Below are positions 35,872 through 41,489 of a stretch of 41,489 nucleotides of DNA, one piece after another. Numbering within the stretch: position 1 is the stretch's first letter; each line of letters begins with the position of its first letter. The DNA is from Atractiella rhizophila (lineage: Eukaryota), in the NCBI GenBank assembly GCA_021432655.1, contig MU271587.1, positions 1-41,489 on the forward strand, written 5' to 3'. The notes under the pieces were generated by a model that saw nothing but the letters and a program-made list of their open reading frames with translations, was not told the origin of the DNA and ran no database searches. The position numbers and the translations under genes are program-made.

Positions 35872-38800
35872 TTACAGCGGTATTTATTGGGATGACATGC
35901 AGGCAATTCGGTCCGAAAATCGTTCCTCCCAAGCTCGTCCTCTCCTCCCTTCCGCGCATCTTCGCACACAACGACAAGACAGTCCGAGCGGAGGGAACGA
36001 CGCTAGTCTGCAACCTATACGCGTACCTAGGTCCCACTCTCACATCCGCTCTGTCCACCCTCGATCCTCCTCTTAAGCCCATCCAGCTGACTGAGCTGCA
36101 ATCCAAATTTTCCGAACTCGACGCGTCTGGCGCAGGAGCGGGGACCGCGAAACAGGAGAGATTGACGCGTGCGCAGACGAGGGATAAGATTGTACGCGAG
36201 GCTGAAGGACAATTGGAGGGCTCGTCCGGTGGTGGAGATGGAGCGGCTGGAGGGGAAGAGCCAGAAGCGGAAATGGACCCGATGGACTTGATGGAAGCCA
36301 AACCGATTATGAATAAGCTGCCTGGCGAATTTTGGGCTAAGATTGCGAGCTCGAAGTGGAAGGAAAGGAAAGAGGAAGCGCTCGAGCCTTTGCTTGAGAT
36401 ACTGAACAATACCCCAAAACTTGCGGAGGGTGATGATTACGGCCAATTGGTGAAGGAGCTCGGGGTAAGAGTGGAGAAAGACTCGAACGTCATTTGCGTC
36501 ACTCTGGCTGCTCAATGTCTAACCGGACTCGCCAAAGGTCTGCGATCATCGTTTGGACGATACAAAGATGGGTGTTACAAGTCGTTGTTGGAGAGGTTGA
36601 AAGAGAAGAAGGCAAGTGTGGTAGAAGCTTTGGCTGCCGCCCTAGACGCGGTCTTTGCCAGCACGACCCTCCCAGATATACTAGAGGAGACTATTCCTTA
36701 TCTATCTCACAAGACACCAGCCGTCAAAATCAGCACCTTGCAGTTCCTCTCCCGCGCTCTCTCAACCACCACCGTCCCGCCTCCCAAACCTCTCCTCTCC
36801 CCATTCGCTGCTGCGATGGTCTCCAACATCGGAGACTCAAATGGCGACGTACGTGAAGCGGCACAGGAATCTTTCGCAACGCTCATCAAGGTGGTTGGTG
36901 AACCTGCTCTGAAAGCAGAGTTAGATGGTATGGATGATATAAGGAAGGCGAAGGTGATGGAGTGGAAAGATAAAGTCACCGTCAAATACAAGCCGAAACC
37001 CGATCTGAAAGCGTTGGGAATCATTGGAGGAGGCGGAGGAGGAGGCGGAGCGAAAAAGATGCCCCCTAGTCTGGCAAAGAAGATGGCGCCTAAGGCTGCC
37101 CCTCCGCCGCCGAAGGAGGAAGACGACATGCCTCCCCCACCTCCTCCAAAGGCAGCAGTCAAGAAGCCCCCGGCATCAGCCAAGAAACCTGCAGCAGCAG
37201 CACCTCCCGCTAAAAAACCACCAGCTGCGGCAGCACCTCCTCCGGCGAAAGCTGGTGGAGGCGGGAAGGCACCAGAGCCCATTAAGTTCAAGATGTCCCA
37301 AGAAGACGGGGAGGCGAGAGGCGAAGCGGAACTTCCGGCTCCTATCGTTGCAAGTTTGGGAGAGGGAGCTTGGAAACTCAGGTTGGAGGGGATGGATAAC
37401 CTCGTGCAGTGGTTGGAGGGTGAAGGGGCGGAGATGGAGGCTGAAGTTGTGGTGAGGTATTTGAGGAAGAAGCCGGGGTGGAAGGAGAGCAATTTTCAGG
37501 TTAGTCCTCTCCATTCCATTTTCTGTTTCGACAAAGGACTTTGGACGCTTGCTAATCTTTTGCCGTGGTTTTGTGCAGGTTTATGGAAAGATGGTTGCGG
37601 CCTTTCAGACGCTGGCCGAGCGTAATCCCACTTTCTCGAAAGCAGTCGCTTCTCTCGTCATTCCGCCCATGGTCGATAAACTAGGCGATATCAAACTTAA
37701 GAAGCCTTGTGGGGATGCGCTAGCTGTGATTGCAGAGAAGACGTCGCTTCAATTCGTATTGAGTCAAGGTGGGCGTCTTCCAACCCCCGTTCACCGCTGT
37801 GACACTAATGACAAACAAACAGCATACGAGCCTATCGCCTCACAGAAAGCACCAAAGGCTCAAGCCGACTGTTATGCTTGGGTAGAGATCGTGCTAATGG
37901 ATTTTGGGATTGTGGGACTTGGGATAAGGGACTTGATCGAGTGCTTGAAGAACGGATTGAAGAGCTCTAACGCCGCCGTTAGAAGTAGCGCTACGAAGGC
38001 GTTGGTCACTTTGAAGCTATTTGTTGGCAACGGTATGTCTGATCCGTCATTTTCCCGTCGCTTCGTTGGGATAGTGCTGAGACGCACGTGTAGATATCAT
38101 GAATTTTGTTCAAGACCTCAATCCCCAACTTCTCACGACCATACAGTCCGAGTTCGCCAAAGTTGACGGTGCTCCGGCCCCCGAACCAATCAAGACGTCA
38201 GCTGACAACGCTGCTCCTTCTTCCGGTGGAGGGGGAGGAGCTGGAGGCGGCGGCGGCGGGAAAGGAGCAGATCCACTGGACGAATTATTCCCTCGTGTTG
38301 ATCTCGAAAAGCTCGTCAGCTCTTCCAATGTGTCAGCTTGCAATGATGCGAACTGGAAGGTCCGGAAAGAAGCCCTGGAGAACATTCAGTCGATTCTGGA
38401 GGCGAACAAACGATTGAAGCCAAATTTGAGTAGGTTGTTCCTTGGTTTTACTGACAGCCAAGTACTTACATTGCGGGCGGAAGGCGACATCTCGACCGCC
38501 ATCAAGCAACGGTTGGGAGATAGCAATAAAGTCGTCCAAGGGCTTGCACTAGACATCCTAGCTCGCATCGCGAACGGAATGAACGAACCTTTTCAAAAGT
38601 ACGCCAAGACCTTTGTCGCTGGTGTGTGCACTGTCCTCGCAGATCAGAAGGCATCCGCTCGTGCCGCTGGTGTCACAGCTTTAACAGCGATGGGCGACAA
38701 CGCTGGATTGGAATGCATGATAGGAGCGCTGGGGACGGCTTTAGAGGTACAAAATCCAGTCCAAAGGAAGGAACTGCTCCAGTGGCTAGAGCCTCGGCTC

Positions 38801-41489
38801 GTTGATAACGCCGCTGCTGCCAACTATGACCTAACACCACTAGGGGGACCTATCATTTCTTGCCTTGAAGATCGCAATGCGGAGGTAAGGAAAGCCGCAC
38901 AAGCTATCCTCCCTGTCGTCGTCGCCCGTGCCGGATATAGCTACGTGATGGATCAGACGAACAATTTGAAACCCGCATCACGGGCAGCCGTCATTCCGAT
39001 GATCGATGCCGCAAGAGGTGGTGCTCCTGATCTTCCAGCAATATCTTCGAACAAAGCGGGAGCTGCGCAATCTGGTCCACATTCCAAGCCATCTGCAAGA
39101 CCCCTGTCGACTAAGCCAGGCGTGAAAACACCTGCATCGGCTGCTCCTCCTTCTCCACGCAACCCAGGGACCCGTCCAACAAGCCCCGAAATGGAGCAAC
39201 CAGCTTCTCGAGCAGTGGGAGGGAGGAAGTTGGTCTCGAAACCATCAAAAATTACCTCTCCCTCCGCCAAATCAACTCAGAACTTCGCTGCGATGCCTGC
39301 GCTAGAGAACGAGCCACCATTGCTGAGCGCAGATCCGAAATTCAAAGCCTCGAGGAAGTTGAAGGAGACCGGCCCTCTTAAGTGGAGCGTCGATGGATCA
39401 GTTCGACCCGATCAGATTGACTACCTCCACCAACAAGCTGCTCCTCACTTCAGCGCTTCCCTGCTCGCTCTTCTTTTTAGTAAAGGTCATCATGCCGACA
39501 AGGATTTCTTGTCTGGTGTAACACTATTGGACGACTGCTTGACAGATCCCATGGTCTGTGAGAAATATGACGTGACATGGGAAGAGATGAAGGGTCGCTT
39601 CTTCGCTAATAGCGATATCATTCTCAAATACGTCACTGTCCGGTTTACGGACACAAACACAACCATCGCTATCAAGTGTATTGAACTGTTGGAACACTTC
39701 TTGGCTGTGACTGCAGAAGAGGAATATACCTTCTCAGATTACGAGGCCCAAATTTTGCTTGGTGGTCTCGTAGCTAAGGCAGGTCCACTTTTCACTCATT
39801 GATTAGGTTAGGTTTCTAATGGTTTATGTGCAGGTTGGTGACTCAAAGGAAACGATTCGTCAACGGATACGAGATTTATTCCACGCTGTTTGTCGATTAT
39901 ACCCATTCAGCAAAGTGTTCACGTTCCTGGGAGATGTTGGTCTGAAGTCGAAAAATGCACGCTGTCGATCTGAATGTGCCGAAGAGCTTGCTTCGATGCT
40001 TCAGAAAAACGGCATGTCCTGCTGTCACCACCCAGAGAAAGCCTTCCCAGCACTCGCGGCGCTCATTTCGGATCGTGATCCCTCTACTCGAAATGCGGCG
40101 CTAACAGCTCTATCGCAAGCTTACGTTCTCATCAACGATGAGCTCTTCTCCTATATTGGAAAGCTCCCCGATAAAGATCAAACTATGCTCAACGAGAGAC
40201 TAAAGCGCACCCCCAGCTCTCCCTCCAAATCGGGGTCCTCGTCTCAACTTCCCACAGCGCCGTCTTCACGTCCGGAAAGTAGGACAGGTCTGCGAAAGTC
40301 GATAGGTATCGCCCGATTACCAGCAAGTGCCAAGAAACGCTCAAGCATCGCAATCCCCAATGGCGACAACATTACTGCCGCTCTCCAGGAAGCCAGTAAC
40401 AACGCTACGACGCGGCTCCCAACCCGTCCACCGTCTTCGGGAATCTCGCGACTCACACCGAAGGGAGGATTCGGGATGCGTCCACAGTCGATGTATCAAG
40501 CTGCGACACCAAAACAGCGAGCCCCTTCACCGCCAATGTCAGAGCCAGAGGAACCGCAACATGATAACGAGGTCGAGAACGCCATTACAGAAATCTTCAG
40601 CAGCGATCCGAATCGAAGTACAGATGCATTAAAGGCTATTCAAAAGATGATTTCCGTATCCCCTGATATGCTACGGCCAGCGTCTACGCAACTGACGGAC
40701 GCCATCACGGTGCAGATGAATTTGGCTTTTGAAGGGCTTGATGCTTCGACCTCGCAAAGCATTCTCCGCCTCTGCAAGCACCTCATGCAAACTCTTTCTA
40801 CATTCTTCGATCAGAAGTCTCTTGCTAGATCTGTCGACCGGCCTTCACTGTCAAGATTACTCGCGGAGCTTACCAAGAGACTATTGGAAACCGCAGATAA
40901 TTCGACCAGCGAGTCGATAATGAGCCTTTCCAAAGTGCTTAACATGGTCCTGATTCGAATATTCCATCATGCGGATCAGAGCACTTGTTTTGGGTTCGTT
41001 TGCCGCCAACTTCTCCTCTATTGCTCTGACATTGCAACAGTGCACTTTTTAGTGTCCTGGAAACTGCCACTGTGGATCTACGGGAGCTCAGAGGGCCCAC
41101 GCTTCAAGAGCGTGCAAAGTACGCAGAACTCGTCATGAAGGTCTGTCGCATGTTCTTTCGTGTGTTCGCATTACTGATTGCTCCTTGAAGTGCTTGTGGA
41201 AGATCTCCAAGACGGTAAAAGAGTCGTTGGAATCCGAAGCGTTAGATCCCAAAGTCCTGCTTCTTGATATCGATCAATTCCTCCAAGTCATCCCTCCCGC
41301 AGAATGGCGACGAAGATCAACAGACAACGTTCCGTTAGCCGACATGCCTCTACGAACCGTGAAGACAATCCTTCAGCAAGTGGTTTCGGTGATGGGAGAC
41401 GCAGTGTACGACGAGCTCTCCCTCATCGACAGCCCTGAGAACAGCTTTGTATATCAATACCTCTTCCGCCTCCTCAACAATTCCAAGAC
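35862..41489 (+). CDS. STU2: XMAP215/Dis1/Alp14/Stu2 microtubule polymerase, multi-TOG; 5' end rearranged, 3' end outside the window
   Basis: IFAHNDKTVRAE, SSKWKERKEEALE, AWKLRLEG, GWKESNFQV, DANWKVRKEALE, KSKNARCRSEC and ELVMK|CLWK. Open frame maintained across 7 short introns to the window edge. Confidence 0.92.

Noticed and set aside
36707..37492. 261-aa antisense ORF and other ORFs overlapping called genes
   Set aside because: Shadows of GC-rich, low-complexity coding sequence on the opposite strand or in alternative frames.

Overview
Left end of a fungal chromosome, probably a basidiomycete (inferred from the TTAGGG telomere, dense ~45-60-nt GT/GC-AG introns and a long multi-TOG XMAP215). 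A (TAACCC)n telomere (1-104) is followed by a short ~5.6-kb subtelomere holding an interstitial telomere tract, two LTR-like direct repeats, a decayed Zn2Cys6-like ORF and a small spliced orphan gene. The gene-dense region then contains: GYF protein (SMY2/GIGYF-like), cytochrome P450, ZIP9/Atx2-like transporter, NAD(P)-dependent hydroxyacid dehydrogenase, small secreted protein, frameshifted F-box/LRR gene, PHO88/SND3, tail-anchored thioredoxin, Zn-ribbon membrane protein, DHA1 MFS transporter, P/Q/Y-rich protein, F-box protein, an MFS pseudogene with a solo LTR, and STU2/XMAP215 running off the right edge. The most unusual points are the split and duplicated 5' end of STU2 (part of TOG1 missing, with a possible splice or leaky-start rescue), an in-frame TAG in the GYF gene, and several very long introns. 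All exon structures were derived by eye; no database searches were run.
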